A stretch of DNA of 64,000 bases from Candidatus Micrarchaeota archaeon. GTDB taxonomy: Archaea; Micrarchaeota; Micrarchaeia; Anstonellales; J096. This document shows, one piece after another, positions 35,392 through 45,876 of this stretch (position 1 is its first letter; each line of letters begins with the position of its first letter). The translations under genes were made by a program, and so were the position numbers. Below the pieces are notes generated by a model. It did not search any database. It was not told the DNA's origin and saw only the letters and a list, made by a program, of their open reading frames with translations. The stretch covers positions 77 to 64,076 of the forward strand of contig WAKO01000003.1 in the NCBI GenBank assembly GCA_015523325.1, written 5' to 3'.

Positions 35392-38175
35392 TTAGCTTTT
35401 TCTTATTTTAACTTCAACTTCTTCTCCCTCTATTTTCCATTTCTTAGTTAGTCCTTCACTAACTTTTCCTTCTTTTCCATTAACTCTCTTAAGCAATTCT
35501 ACTTTGTATTTTTCTATGACTTCTTTTATCTTTCCTTTAGCTTTTATCTCTAGGATTATTTCATCTCTTTCAATTAGTTTTAGCTCTTTTCTTGTGGCTT
35601 GGATTCTCCTTACTACTTCATTTAATAGCCCCTCTTCCTTTAGCTCTTCACTTAATTCTTTTGGTATTCCCACCACTAATCCTTCTAGCTCTTCTTTAAT
35701 TAATCCCTCCCCAACTTCTCCAACTTCAATTGCTTTTGAGTTTGTTAATAATTTTAATGCCCTCTCATATCTTAAAGGTTTATTAACCACTACTTTTTCA
35801 ATAGGCCACCTTAATTTTATTCCTAGCTCATTTCTTAGCTTTAATACAGCAGACACAACTTCTTTTATCTCTTCCATCTCATCTTTTTCCATGTCTTTTC
35901 CTTCTCCTAGCTCAAACATGTGAATACTCTCTTCTCCTTCAAACTTTCTGAAGAACTTTTGGTAAACATACTCGGAAGTGTAGGGAGTTATGATAGCAAA
36001 CATCTTTAGCATTTCAAAAACTATATGGTAAAGGAGAGCTTTTGTTTCTTCTTGCCTTTTTTTTGCTATTTTCATGTAAAATTGGCTTAAATCCTCAATA
36101 AGCAGCTTTCTTAATTCCCTAACTCCTTCAAAAGGTTTGAGTTCTTTCATTGATTTATTAAATTTGTATATTGTTTCTTCTAACCTATCCATTATCCACT
36201 TATCTTCTTCTTTTAACTCTCCCAGTTTTTCTCTTTTTGCCCCAACCCTCTCCAAGTAAGAGGCCAGATTTATTAGCACATTTAGATCTCTTGAGGCTAG
36301 CCTTAAATCATCCCAGACAAATTTAACTTCTTCCCATGTTGTTGAACTAGCTCCCCATAGCCTAAATGAATCTGCTCCTACCTTACTTAATATTTCTTCA
36401 ACAGGAACAAAGTTTCCAATGCTCTTGCTCATTTTCTCTCCTTTTTCGTCAACAAAAAATCCATGCATAAGTAATCTTTTGTAAGGAGAGCTCCCATTCC
36501 TTACCATGCCACTTCCCAATAAGGAGTAGAACCATCCTCTTATTTGGTCTTGTCCTTCAAATATCAAGTCAGCTTTGTTTCCCCAATATTCCTCTTCTTC
36601 TTTTGTTAGAGGAGCCCACACAGCATTTCCAGAATCAAACCAAACATCTAACACATCCTTAACTCTCTCCATCTTTTCTCCGCAATGACATTCCAACACT
36701 ACCTCATCAACATAAGGCCTATGCAATTCTTTAACTTCTTTTCCCAATTCTTTTTTGCTCCCAACTACTTTCAAGTGACCTTTTTTACATTTCCAAATTG
36801 GTAAAGGAATCCCCCAATACCTTTGCCTACTTATACACCAATCAGGGGCCTCTTTAACAAATGATGAGAACCTTTCTTTAACAAAGCTTGGAGAGAACTC
36901 TATGTTATCTATTTCCTTTAACATTTCTTCCTTTAGCTTTGTTATTTTTATGAACCATTGTTTTGTAACTAAATAAATTAGAGGTGTTTTACATCTCCAA
37001 CATATAGGATAGCGGTGCCTTATTTTTTCTTTTAACACAAGATTTCCTTTTTCTTCTAGAAGCTTTATTATTTCCTCATTAGCTTCCCTTACATTTTTTC
37101 CCTTAAATTCTCCTCCAAGTTCATTATAATCTCCATTTTCATTTACAGGAGAATAAATTGGAATGTTATTTTCTTTTCCTACTAAGTAATCTTGAGGACC
37201 ATGTGCTGGAGCCATATGCACAAGTCCAGTTCCTTCCTCAACTCCAACAAACTCCTCACTCAGTACTACTTTTCTTTCAAATTCTATTCTTATTTTTTCC
37301 TGGAAAGGATGTTCATAGTTAATTCCCTTCAATTCTTTTCCTGGAATTTCCCTTAATACAGAATAACTTTTATCTAGCTTTTCCATAACTTCTTCAACAA
37401 GTTCTTTTGCTATTATCCATCTCTCTCCTTCCACTTCAATCTCTACATAATTAACATTTGGATTAACCATAACCCCCATATTCCCTATTAATGTCCAAGG
37501 TGTTGTTGTCCATATTATTAGGTAAAGATTGTCTTCTCCCTTTACTTTAAATTTCACATATACGCTTGGATCTGTTAGCTCTTTGTATTCAAGCTCATAA
37601 TTTGCTAGAGAGGTTTCACATCTAAAGCAATAAGGAACTACATAATCCCCTTCTTCAAGCAAATTTTTTTCAAATGCTCTCTTAAAGGTCTCCCAAGATC
37701 TTTCAATATAATTGTCATAATAAGTAACATATGGATTTTCCCAATCCATCCAAACTCCAAAAGCTTTCATTTGTTTTGTCATTATCTCAATGTATTTGTC
37801 TACAAACTCTTTGCATTTTTTTATGAATACATCTATTCCTAGCTTTTCAATCTCGTGTTTTTTGTTTATTTTTAGGAGTTTTTCTACTTTAACCTCTATA
37901 GGCAATCCATGAGTATCAAATCCTGGTTGGTCTCTTACATCAAATCCCTTAGCCCTATAATATCTTATGTAGATATCTTTCATTACTTTGTTCCAAGCTG
38001 TTCCTGGATGTATTTCTCCTGTTGCAAAAGGCGGCCCATCAACAAAAAAGAACTTTTTTTTATTTTTTAACCCTCTTTTTTTTGTTAGCTCTTTTACTTT
38101 TTCATATATTTTGTTCTTCTCCCAAAACTCTTCTATTTCTTTTTCTATTTTTTTGAAATCATACATTTTTACCAC
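35392..38175 (-). CDS. ileS: Isoleucyl-tRNA synthetase (archaeal/eukaryotic type)
   Basis: DGPPF..HPGT, FDTHGLP, WTTTPWT, GTGLVH, DWCISRQRYWG, EGQDQIRGWF and KMSKS motifs. Confidence 0.98.
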   Translation of the reverse strand: MVKMYDFKKIEKEIEEFWEKNKIYEKVKELTKKRGLKNKKKFFFVDGPPFATGEIHPGTAWNKVMKDIYIRYYRAKGFDVRDQPGFDTHGLPIEVKVEKLLKINKKHEIEKLGIDVFIKKCKEFVDKYIEIMTKQMKAFGVWMDWENPYVTYYDNYIERSWETFKRAFEKNLLEEGDYVVPYCFRCETSLANYELEYKELTDPSVYVKFKVKGEDNLYLIIWTTTPWTLIGNMGVMVNPNVNYVEIEVEGERWIIAKELVEEVMEKLDKSYSVLREIPGKELKGINYEHPFQEKIRIEFERKVVLSEEFVGVEEGTGLVHMAPAHGPQDYLVGKENNIPIYSPVNENGDYNELGGEFKGKNVREANEEIIKLLEEKGNLVLKEKIRHRYPICWRCKTPLIYLVTKQWFIKITKLKEEMLKEIDNIEFSPSFVKERFSSFVKEAPDWCISRQRYWGIPLPIWKCKKGHLKVVGSKKELGKEVKELHRPYVDEVVLECHCGEKMERVKDVLDVWFDSGNAVWAPLTKEEEEYWGNKADLIFEGQDQIRGWFYSLLGSGMVRNGSSPYKRLLMHGFFVDEKGEKMSKSIGNFVPVEEILSKVGADSFRLWGASSTTWEEVKFVWDDLRLASRDLNVLINLASYLERVGAKREKLGELKEEDKWIMDRLEETIYKFNKSMKELKPFEGVRELRKLLIEDLSQFYMKIAKKRQEETKALLYHIVFEMLKMFAIITPYTSEYVYQKFFRKFEGEESIHMFELGEGKDMEKDEMEEIKEVVSAVLKLRNELGIKLRWPIEKVVVNKPLRYERALKLLTNSKAIEVGEVGEGLIKEELEGLVVGIPKELSEELKEEGLLNEVVRRIQATRKELKLIERDEIILEIKAKGKIKEVIEKYKVELLKRVNGKEGKVSEGLTKKWKIEGEEVEVKIRKS

Positions 38176-38198
38176 TTCATAGATTTATTTAGATATTC

Positions 38199-38882
38199 TC
38201 AAAATACTTTTTCTCCTACAAATACCTTTATGCCGTTTGGCTCTACTCTGAATGGAACAAGATCCCTTGAGTGGTTTGTTCCCCTCATTTTAAATATTTC
38301 CAATGCCCTAACTCTATTTCCTCCTCTATCCAAATTGTAAAGATTTATTATTCCATCAGCTATATAATGCTCAATTTCAAACTTAACCCCTCTGTCCCCA
38401 CTTTCAGCTTCAACTATTATGAATACATTACACTCTAATGTTTTTAAGAGATTAAAGAATTCAACTATTGTTCTCCTATATTCATTCTCGTTATCAAACA
38501 TAGCTCTAAGCATTGTTGAAGAATCAATTACAGCTCTTTTAGCATTGTTTTTTACTATGCTATTTTCAAGTATCTCTATTACTGAATCTATGCTAAACTT
38601 CTCTGGCTCGCTAACAGTTATTTTATTAGAGTTTACCAACTCCCTTATATCTTTAAATTCTGTGAATTGAGCTTCCATGTTCTCTATAATACTCTCAGGA
38701 CTCTCTTCAAGAGTTATATAAACTCCATTTTGTCCTTCTTTTGCTCCTTTGTAGAGATATTCAAAGCTAAATGATGTTTTTCCCGTTCCTGGCCCTCCAA
38801 AAATTGCAACATGTCTTTTCAGAGGTATTCCTCCATTAAGCATCTCATCTAGCCCAGATATTCCTGTCTTTATTCTTTCCAT
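38199..38882 (-). CDS. Single-domain KaiC-like / RAD55 ATPase
   Basis: TGISGLDEMLNGG, GGPGTGKT, TLEE, VIDS and KMRGT motifs. Confidence 0.92.
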   Translation of the reverse strand: MERIKTGISGLDEMLNGGIPLKRHVAIFGGPGTGKTSFSFEYLYKGAKEGQNGVYITLEESPESIIENMEAQFTEFKDIRELVNSNKITVSEPEKFSIDSVIEILENSIVKNNAKRAVIDSSTMLRAMFDNENEYRRTIVEFFNLLKTLECNVFIIVEAESGDRGVKFEIEHYIADGIINLYNLDRGGNRVRALEIFKMRGTNHSRDLVPFRVEPNGIKVFVGEKVF

Positions 38883-38914
38883 AGCATCACATTCATAAAA
38901 CAGTGGAGAATTTT

Positions 38915-39244
38915 TTAAATCTTTTTAAAGTAACTCTTCTCTAGTCGTTGTAGGATTAAGAGGAGTTTTTTGAGTTTTTCAACCTTTTCACTGTAGAGTT
39001 CTTTTCCTACATTTAGGAACCATTCCACATATTTTGGGAAACTTGTTAGCTTTGCATCCTCCTTGCTCATTTGTTCAATTATTATGAGCAGGATTTCTCT
39101 ACTTTTATCATCATCCTTAAGGATGCTTATGAATAAGCTAATCATATCCAAAAAGAGTTCTTTTTCACTCTCATCCAAAGCCAACCATTCCTTAGCCAAA
39201 TAATTTTTTGTCTCTCTATTAAGTTCTTCAAAAAATTTTTTCAT
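38915..39244 (-). CDS. Hypothetical protein
   Basis: 109-aa helical ORF upstream of the KaiC-like gene. Confidence 0.65.
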   Translation of the reverse strand: MKKFFEELNRETKNYLAKEWLALDESEKELFLDMISLFISILKDDDKSREILLIIIEQMSKEDAKLTSFPKYVEWFLNVGKELYSEKVEKLKKLLLILQRLEKSYFKKI

Positions 39245-39299
39245 ATTTTTAACTTTTAGTTAATCCTTTATATTGTTTTTTGTTTCTTTTTTATTTGCT

Positions 39300-40016
39300 A
39301 TGGAGGAAAAAAAGGAAAGATGGAAAATTGAGGAGTTGGTTTTTGATAAGCAAACTCTTCTCTCTCTAAATAGGATTGTTAAGAAGGGATTGATAGAGGA
39401 GATAAATTACGTTGTTTCCACAGGAAAAGAAGCAAATGTTTATAGGGCTAAAGCCCCTAGAGGATATTTGGCTGTTAAAATATATAAAATAGAGACTTCA
39501 AAGTTTTTTAGAAGAAAAAAATATCTTTTTAGCGATCCTCGCTTCAACTTCTCCGTGAGAAATGAGAGAGAGCTTGTTTACATTTTCTCATCCAAGGAGT
39601 TTAAGAATTTACTTTTAGCAAAAAAAGCAGGGGTAAGGGTTCCTTCTCCTATTTATTATGAAAAGAACATAATAGTTATGAAGTTTTTGGGAAGAAAGGG
39701 AGTTCCATTCCCTCTTCTCATAGATTCTTTTAGGATGGTTGAAGATAAAGAAGAGTTGTTTTTTTCAATTCTTAATGATATAAGGAGAATGCATAAGAAA
39801 GGTTTTGTTCATGGAGATATTAGTGAGTTCAATATAATGTTTGATCCTGAAAAACAAAGACATTTTTTGATTGACTTTGGCCAAGGAACGGTTAGGAACA
39901 ACCCTATTTATGTGGAATTGGTTGAGAGAGATGTTAGGAATGTGGTTAGGTTTTTTTCAAAATTAATTGGAAAAAAGCTCTCTTTTGAAGAGGCTTTATC
40001 TTATGTTTATGATTAG
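39300..40016 (+). CDS. rio1: RIO1 family Ser/Thr kinase
   Basis: STGKEANVY, AVKIY, HGDISEFN and IDFGQ motifs. Confidence 0.95.
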   Translation: MEEKKERWKIEELVFDKQTLLSLNRIVKKGLIEEINYVVSTGKEANVYRAKAPRGYLAVKIYKIETSKFFRRKKYLFSDPRFNFSVRNERELVYIFSSKEFKNLLLAKKAGVRVPSPIYYEKNIIVMKFLGRKGVPFPLLIDSFRMVEDKEELFFSILNDIRRMHKKGFVHGDISEFNIMFDPEKQRHFLIDFGQGTVRNNPIYVELVERDVRNVVRFFSKLIGKKLSFEEALSYVYD

Positions 40017-40052
40017 TTTCTGTGGTTTATGTTGTTAGGAATGAAGTAATAG

Positions 40053-40736
40053 CTAATAGTAATAGCTTTCACTCCCTTTTTTCTCTGTCCTGATTAGCTT
40101 TTCAAGCCTTTTCACCTTTTCCTTCCCAACCTTCAGACTTTTTGCTTTTCCCATCCATTTTTCTAATGCGTTGTTTATTGAAAACCTATTTGGAAAGCTT
40201 TCTGCAAAATCTAATAAAACTTCTAAGGAAAAGGGATTTTTTGAATCCCCTAGGAGCTCTATACAATAATCTGCAAGTGCGTTATAGAATTGGTTTTGTT
40301 GTGCCAAATATTTAGAGAGGAAGTGAGACAATATCCTTATGCTGTAATTGTCATCAATATCTCCAAGCATTTTCAGTAGAAATTTTTGGCCTGAAAAGGA
40401 ATTATAGTAATCCAAGCTTATTAATAGAGGATGATTGTTTTCTGTTTTTTGGGAGAAAAAGTTTTTTATGTTGTTGTTGCTTGAGAGTTCAATTATTATT
40501 CCAAACAAAATCGCTCCTTTAATTTTATCGTTCTCTTTTTTATAAGTCTTTAGTAATTTTTCTTTTATTTCTTCTTTCTTTTTTTCATCTATTGGGTAGG
40601 GATAGTTTTTTAACATCTTTATTAGGTTTGCAACTTCCATTATCTTCTTTTTTGTTTCCTCCTCATGGCTTTGTTTGTTTTCCTTTAAGCTTTTATTTTT
40701 TTGGCTATTCTTGTTACTTTTTTTTCTTTTTTCCAT
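40053..40736 (-). CDS. Hypothetical protein (helical repeat-like)
   Basis: 227-aa ORF overlapping the end of topA. Confidence 0.7.
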   Translation of the reverse strand: MEKRKKSNKNSQKNKSLKENKQSHEEETKKKIMEVANLIKMLKNYPYPIDEKKKEEIKEKLLKTYKKENDKIKGAILFGIIIELSSNNNIKNFFSQKTENNHPLLISLDYYNSFSGQKFLLKMLGDIDDNYSIRILSHFLSKYLAQQNQFYNALADYCIELLGDSKNPFSLEVLLDFAESFPNRFSINNALEKWMGKAKSLKVGKEKVKRLEKLIRTEKKGSESYYY

Positions 40737-42465
40737 AATAAAACCTCTTCTTTGGAAGGTTTTTTAGTAGTTCTTCTCCTATCTTCTCTTCATTCTCTTT
40801 AAATTCTTTTAATATTTCCTCCAATGTTTTTTTACCTTTTTCAAAAACAACATTTGCATTTAACTTTAGATTGCTCACTTTCTCCATATCTTCCTCAATT
40901 TCTCTTGTTAATTTTTCATCTAATATTTTTGGGACATATTTTTTTAGAGTTCTGTAAACAGCTCCTCCAAATTCAGTGAGTTTTATTGACCCTCCTTCAA
41001 AGTATTGCCTCCTAAATAGGGTGTCTATTATATGACTTCTCGTTGCTTTTGTTCCTAGGCTTTTTCTCTCTAACTCTGTTATTAAGGAGGAGGAAGTATA
41101 TCTTTTTGGAGGTTTTGTTTTTTTCTTTTTTAGCTCAACCTTTGAAATCTTTTCTAATTCTCCTTCTTTAAATTCATCTATTTCCTTTTCTTCAAACTTG
41201 TAATAATTGTAGACTTCAAGCCATCCTTTGCTTTTTATTTTTTGCCCTTTTGCTTTGAATAGGAGGTCATTGCTTTCAACCTTTGCCCTTATTTCTTCTT
41301 TTTCCATAAAATCATAAAACACAGAAATAAATCTTCTAACTATTAACTCAAATAGTTTCTTTTCCTCTTCCTCCATCTTTCCCATATTTCCTGTTGGATA
41401 TATTGCTGGATGAGCTGGATCATCTTTCTTTCCTTCAATTGGCTTTAAGTATGGTTTTTCCAATAGCTTTTCAGCTTCTTTATAGTACTTTGCGAGTTTT
41501 TCTATTATCCTTTTATAGCCAATGCTTGGAGGAAGTTTTTGTGAACTAGTTCTTGGATAAGAAATATATCCAGATTCATAAAGAGATTGTGCAATCTTCA
41601 ACGTTTTTGAAGGAGAAAACCTTAAGTATTTTGCAGCCTCTACCTGAAGGCTAGTTAAATCAAAAGGAGGAAATGGAGGAACTTTCTTTATTTCTTTTGA
41701 GTATTCTATTACTTTTGCCTCTTTTCCCACCTTATCTTTTAGTTTTAGAGCTTCTTCCTCCTCTTCAATAGGGTTTTTTTCATACTCAAAGTTTGTGTTC
41801 TTTATTTTTATCCAAAGTTCAAAATAAGGTTTAGGAACAAACTCTTCTATTTCCTTCTCTTTTTTAGCAACTAGTGCTAGAGTAGGACCTTGAACCCTTC
41901 CTATGCTCATGACCCTCCTTATATTTTGGGTTGCAAGGCTTTTCATTAAAGCCCTACTAAGGTTTATTCCATATATCCAATCTAGCTTGTGCCTTAACTC
42001 TCCTGCATAAGCATTGCCCTTATCAAAATCAATTAAGTTTTCATAGGCTTGTTGCAACTCCTTTGATGTTAATGTTGAGAATTTCATTCTTTTTACTTCA
42101 TTCTCAGAGAATTCTGATAAAAATCTAAAGATGTTATATCCTATGAGGGTTCCTTCAGTATCAAAATCAGTAGCAACTATTAGCTCTTCTGCTTCTTTTA
42201 GAATGTTTTTTATTACAGCAAAGTAAGGTTTTGCAAAGTAAGAGGTCTTATTAACTTCAAAAACAGGTTTCCATTCTATATCAAATACGGGATAGTCAAA
42301 GCTTTGGTTTTTTTCGGCTAATGTAAATATATGCCCTACAGAGGGAACAATGATTAGCTTTTCTCCTTCAAATATTGTGACTTTCCCTTTTCTCTTTGGT
42401 TTTGCTTTTAGTGCATACGCTATTTTGCTGGCTGCTTTTGGCTTTTCTGCTATTATTACTTTCAT
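40714..42465 (-). CDS. topA: DNA topoisomerase IA (archaeal), without C-terminal Zn ribbons
   Basis: IAEKP, ATDFDTEG, SIGRVQGP, ISYPRT (catalytic Tyr) and LGTKATR motifs. Confidence 0.97.
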   Translation of the reverse strand: MKVIIAEKPKAASKIAYALKAKPKRKGKVTIFEGEKLIIVPSVGHIFTLAEKNQSFDYPVFDIEWKPVFEVNKTSYFAKPYFAVIKNILKEAEELIVATDFDTEGTLIGYNIFRFLSEFSENEVKRMKFSTLTSKELQQAYENLIDFDKGNAYAGELRHKLDWIYGINLSRALMKSLATQNIRRVMSIGRVQGPTLALVAKKEKEIEEFVPKPYFELWIKIKNTNFEYEKNPIEEEEEALKLKDKVGKEAKVIEYSKEIKKVPPFPPFDLTSLQVEAAKYLRFSPSKTLKIAQSLYESGYISYPRTSSQKLPPSIGYKRIIEKLAKYYKEAEKLLEKPYLKPIEGKKDDPAHPAIYPTGNMGKMEEEEKKLFELIVRRFISVFYDFMEKEEIRAKVESNDLLFKAKGQKIKSKGWLEVYNYYKFEEKEIDEFKEGELEKISKVELKKKKTKPPKRYTSSSLITELERKSLGTKATRSHIIDTLFRRQYFEGGSIKLTEFGGAVYRTLKKYVPKILDEKLTREIEEDMEKVSNLKLNANVVFEKGKKTLEEILKEFKENEEKIGEELLKNLPKKRFYYGKKKKK

Positions 42466-42525
42466 TATAGCTTTTTCCTTTAGATTTATTTTTAAACTTG
42501 CCGTACTGAACTTGTTTCATTTATT

Positions 42526-42918
42526 TTAGGAGCTCTCTTTTTTTCTTCTCAAGCTCAACCTTGGTGGAATGAAGTGAGGAGGGTAGTTTAGCACTCTCGC
42601 TATTATTATTGCATGAGAGGTTGCAGCGTAATTTATTACATTCAATAACCTTTCCATATAGCTGTCTTCTATTTTTTTGTTTTTCTTCCATCCCTCAAGG
42701 ATCTTTTCTTTTTCCTCTTTTTCTTCTTGAGCAAACACAACTCCTCTAATTTTTATTGCTCCAACTTCCACATAATCCACAATATACTCATATTCAAACA
42801 AAAGATTATCTTGGTCCTCTCTAACATTTATTATGTTTATTCTAACTTTTATCCCTTTGTGTGGTTTTCTCTCTTTTAATTCAGCTTCAATCTTATCAAC
42901 CCTATCTCCTATAAACAC
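42526..42918 (-). CDS. Archaeal hypothetical protein
   Basis: GGAGGG RBS; 130-aa beta/alpha pattern ending NYPPHFIPP. Confidence 0.75.
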   Translation of the reverse strand: MFIGDRVDKIEAELKERKPHKGIKVRINIINVREDQDNLLFEYEYIVDYVEVGAIKIRGVVFAQEEKEEKEKILEGWKKNKKIEDSYMERLLNVINYAATSHAIIIARVLNYPPHFIPPRLSLRRKKESS

Positions 42919-43027
42919 ATCAATCCCTCCATTTTAAGTAGCTAATTTAAACAACCTCAAAAAGCTTAAAAATACACTCCTAATATTTTAGGAAACATTT
43001 AAAACACTTCCTAGTTAAATCTCAAAC

Positions 43028-43858
43028 GTGTATTCAAGAAGGCTAATTGTAATTATATTATTTATCCTGTTCTTTGTTAAACTCCAGTTCTCTGAATTTA
43101 TAATAACTAAGAATGAGATAACAATTAATATAGATAGAGAAGGAAATGCTCAAGTGGTGGAGAGGGTAATGATTTCTATAAGTGGAAGGGGATCTATTTC
43201 TAGTTATGTTAAGGCTTTAGAAAACCCAACTTTGGCGGATTGGCAAAAGTTGCTAGGAGAGGATGTGAGAGTTCATTTAAACCCCAGTGTTGTTAAAATA
43301 GAGGATTTAACAGTTAGACCTCAACCTCTCTATGATTATAATGCTTTGTATGACACTGCAAAAGGAGAAATAATAATAAAGTATAGGGCTATTCCTTATG
43401 ATAATAGCTCTGGTTTATTTGAGCTTGTGAATGTTAAACCTAGAACTTATAGGCTAATTTTAAATGAAGAAGCCCTATCTTTTAAGAGGAGCGTTATAGG
43501 AAACTTGGTAATAGATAAAAAAACAATTCTAAAATTCATTCCTCCAAAAGGAGCAAAGCTTATTGACATTAATCCTATTCCAGAGGAATTAAGGGAAGAG
43601 AAGTTTCCAATTTATATTGAGAGTGTTGAGTGGAATGATGTTGTTTTAGTAGAGCCTGTTTTAGTTTTTGAGTATGAGGAAACAATTGGAGAAGAGATTT
43701 ATAGATTTTTTGAAGAATACAGCTATCAACTCATTAATTTCTTCACAACCCCAGAGGGAATATTTGTTGTTTTGTTCTTTGTTCTTCTATCATTATTTTA
43801 CTCTAAACTCAACTATTCTTTGACATTGCTTAGGAGGAGAGGTAAAAATGTTAAGTAA
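43028..43858 (+). CDS. Secreted, C-terminally membrane-anchored hypothetical protein
   Basis: Signal peptide and C-terminal TM. Confidence 0.75.
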   Translation: MYSRRLIVIILFILFFVKLQFSEFIITKNEITINIDREGNAQVVERVMISISGRGSISSYVKALENPTLADWQKLLGEDVRVHLNPSVVKIEDLTVRPQPLYDYNALYDTAKGEIIIKYRAIPYDNSSGLFELVNVKPRTYRLILNEEALSFKRSVIGNLVIDKKTILKFIPPKGAKLIDINPIPEELREEKFPIYIESVEWNDVVLVEPVLVFEYEETIGEEIYRFFEEYSYQLINFFTTPEGIFVVLFFVLLSLFYSKLNYSLTLLRRRGKNVK

Positions 43859-45263
43859 AAATGAGAAAGTTATACTTAAAGAACTTAAAAAAGAGAGAAG
43901 CCTGGATTTGGAAAGCTTAATGAAGAGGACTGGTTTAGGAAAAGATGCTATAAAGAGAGGAGGTTACTTTTTATCTCAAAAGGGATTGGCTAAGATGAAT
44001 TATAGGAAGGAGAATTTGTTTAGCTTAACTCATAAAGGAAAGGAGGTATTGCTTAAGGGATTTGAGGAAGAGAGCATAGATAACTTGAGTGTTAAAGACT
44101 TGCCTGAAGAAGTTAGAGAGAGGTTATGGATTGCTAGGGAAACTTCTTTCTTTTCAATAGAAAAAGGAGTGGTTAGGAAAAATAAGGACAAGTTTATATT
44201 AAGAGAAGTTTTAGAGGCAATTTCATCAAATACTTTAGAAGAAGGTAAGTACAGCAAATACCTTCCTTATTTGGAAAAAAAGGGATTGATTAAAAAAATT
44301 GAAGAGGAGAAGATTAGTTTTGAGATAACTCCTGAGGGAGAAGCTTATGTTTTAGAGGAAAAAGAGGGATTAGATGAGCTTAGTGAGGAGGTTATTAAAA
44401 GTCTAGATTGGAAGAAAAAAGAGTTTAAGCCATACTACATAGATTACTCTTCTATAAAAAAAGCTACATCTGGAAAACTGCATCCCTTTACTTTAGCAAT
44501 TAACAAAATAAGAAGTGTTTTTCTTTCTCTTGGTTTTAAGGAGTTGCAAGGAGATTATGTGGAGAGCTCTTTTTGGGTTTTTGATGCCCTCTTTCAACCT
44601 CAAGACCACCCTTCCAGGGAGTTGGCTGATACGTTCTTTTTGAATAAAAAGGAAAGAGTGGATGTTGATGATATAACTTTAAATAGAGTTAAAGAAGAAC
44701 ATCAAAGGTATTGGAAATATCCTTGGAAAAAGGAGATTGCAGAAAAGCTTGTTCTTAGAACACACACGACAGTTTTAAGTGCTAGAGCCCTCTATGAATT
44801 CAAAAAGGGGAAGTTCTTTGCTATTGGAAGAGTATTTAGGAATGAAGCAATTGATTATAAGCATTTAGCAGAGTTTCATCAAATAGAAGGAATCATAGCT
44901 TGGAGAGGGGCAAATTTCAGAAACCTTTTGTGGATTTTAAAGAAGTTTTTCACTAAGCTTGGCTTTGAGAAAATAAGGTTTAGACCAAGCTATTTCCCTT
45001 ACACAGAACCCAGCTTAGAGGTAGAATATTATTTTGAGGAAAAAAATGAGTGGATGGAGATCGGAGGAGCAGGAATTTTTAGAAAACAAGTTTCCTCTCC
45101 TCTGTTGGCAGAGTATCCTGTTTTAGCTTGGGGATTAAGCTTAGAGAGATTGTTAATGCTTATATTGGATTTAAGTGATATCAGAGAGTTTTATAAAAAT
45201 AAAAAACCTTGGTTAGATAACATATCATCAAATAAAATTAAGAGGATAGAGATAAAGGGTTAG
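43848..45263 (+). CDS. pheS: Phenylalanyl-tRNA synthetase alpha subunit
   Basis: GKLHP, FQPQDHPSRE, LRTHTT, VFRNE..H..EFHQIEG, YFPYTEPS and AWGLSLER motifs. Confidence 0.98.
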   Translation: MLSKNEKVILKELKKERSLDLESLMKRTGLGKDAIKRGGYFLSQKGLAKMNYRKENLFSLTHKGKEVLLKGFEEESIDNLSVKDLPEEVRERLWIARETSFFSIEKGVVRKNKDKFILREVLEAISSNTLEEGKYSKYLPYLEKKGLIKKIEEEKISFEITPEGEAYVLEEKEGLDELSEEVIKSLDWKKKEFKPYYIDYSSIKKATSGKLHPFTLAINKIRSVFLSLGFKELQGDYVESSFWVFDALFQPQDHPSRELADTFFLNKKERVDVDDITLNRVKEEHQRYWKYPWKKEIAEKLVLRTHTTVLSARALYEFKKGKFFAIGRVFRNEAIDYKHLAEFHQIEGIIAWRGANFRNLLWILKKFFTKLGFEKIRFRPSYFPYTEPSLEVEYYFEEKNEWMEIGGAGIFRKQVSSPLLAEYPVLAWGLSLERLLMLILDLSDIREFYKNKKPWLDNISSNKIKRIEIKG

Positions 45264-45270
45264 GGAGACC

Positions 45271-45771
45271 ATGGAGGGTTATAAAGAGATTTTGGAATTA
45301 ATTAATAAGCAAAAGCTAAAGGAAGCAGAATCCCTTTTACTGGAAAAAAAAGAGAGGGATGGACAATTCTATTATCTACTTGGGCTAGTTAGCTTTTTTA
45401 AGGGAAATGAAGAGGATGCATTAGGGTTTTTTTCACATGCTTTGAAAAAAGGCATAGTTGATAGCTCTAAAAGGTCTTTTTCCTATGTTTTGTTTTCAAG
45501 AGGAAGGTATGAGAAGGCAAAGGAAATTTTAGAGAGTATTGAAAACAAGAGAGTAGAGGATTATTTTGTTTTGTTTTCTTGTTATTTAATGCTAAAGGAT
45601 TATGAAAAAGCAAAGCTAAACCTTGAAAAGGCCTATATTGAAGATAAGAAGAAGACAAAAGAATTGCTTATGAAGTTTTATAAGGCATTTTTTGAAGACT
45701 CCTCTTTAGCAACAGAGGAAGAAAAGGAGAGATTAAAGTCACTTATTAGCTCTCTTAAGGAGAATAATTGA
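45271..45771 (+). CDS. TPR-repeat protein
   Basis: YYLLG...G..E.A, GRYEKAKE and KDYEKAK TPR-like repeats. Confidence 0.75.
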   Translation: MEGYKEILELINKQKLKEAESLLLEKKERDGQFYYLLGLVSFFKGNEEDALGFFSHALKKGIVDSSKRSFSYVLFSRGRYEKAKEILESIENKRVEDYFVLFSCYLMLKDYEKAKLNLEKAYIEDKKKTKELLMKFYKAFFEDSSLATEEEKERLKSLISSLKENN

Positions 45772-45876
45772 AGAGCCACTACAACCAACTGCTACAGCCT
45801 AAATAATAAAAAAAGAAAAAAGAGAAACAAGTATAATGATCTAAACGAATATCAAAAAAAGAAAAAAGAAAATGAA

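Noticed and set aside
3625-38882. Circadian KaiABC clock
   Set aside because: Two unlinked single-domain KaiC-like ATPases, which are common in archaea; no KaiA or KaiB seen.
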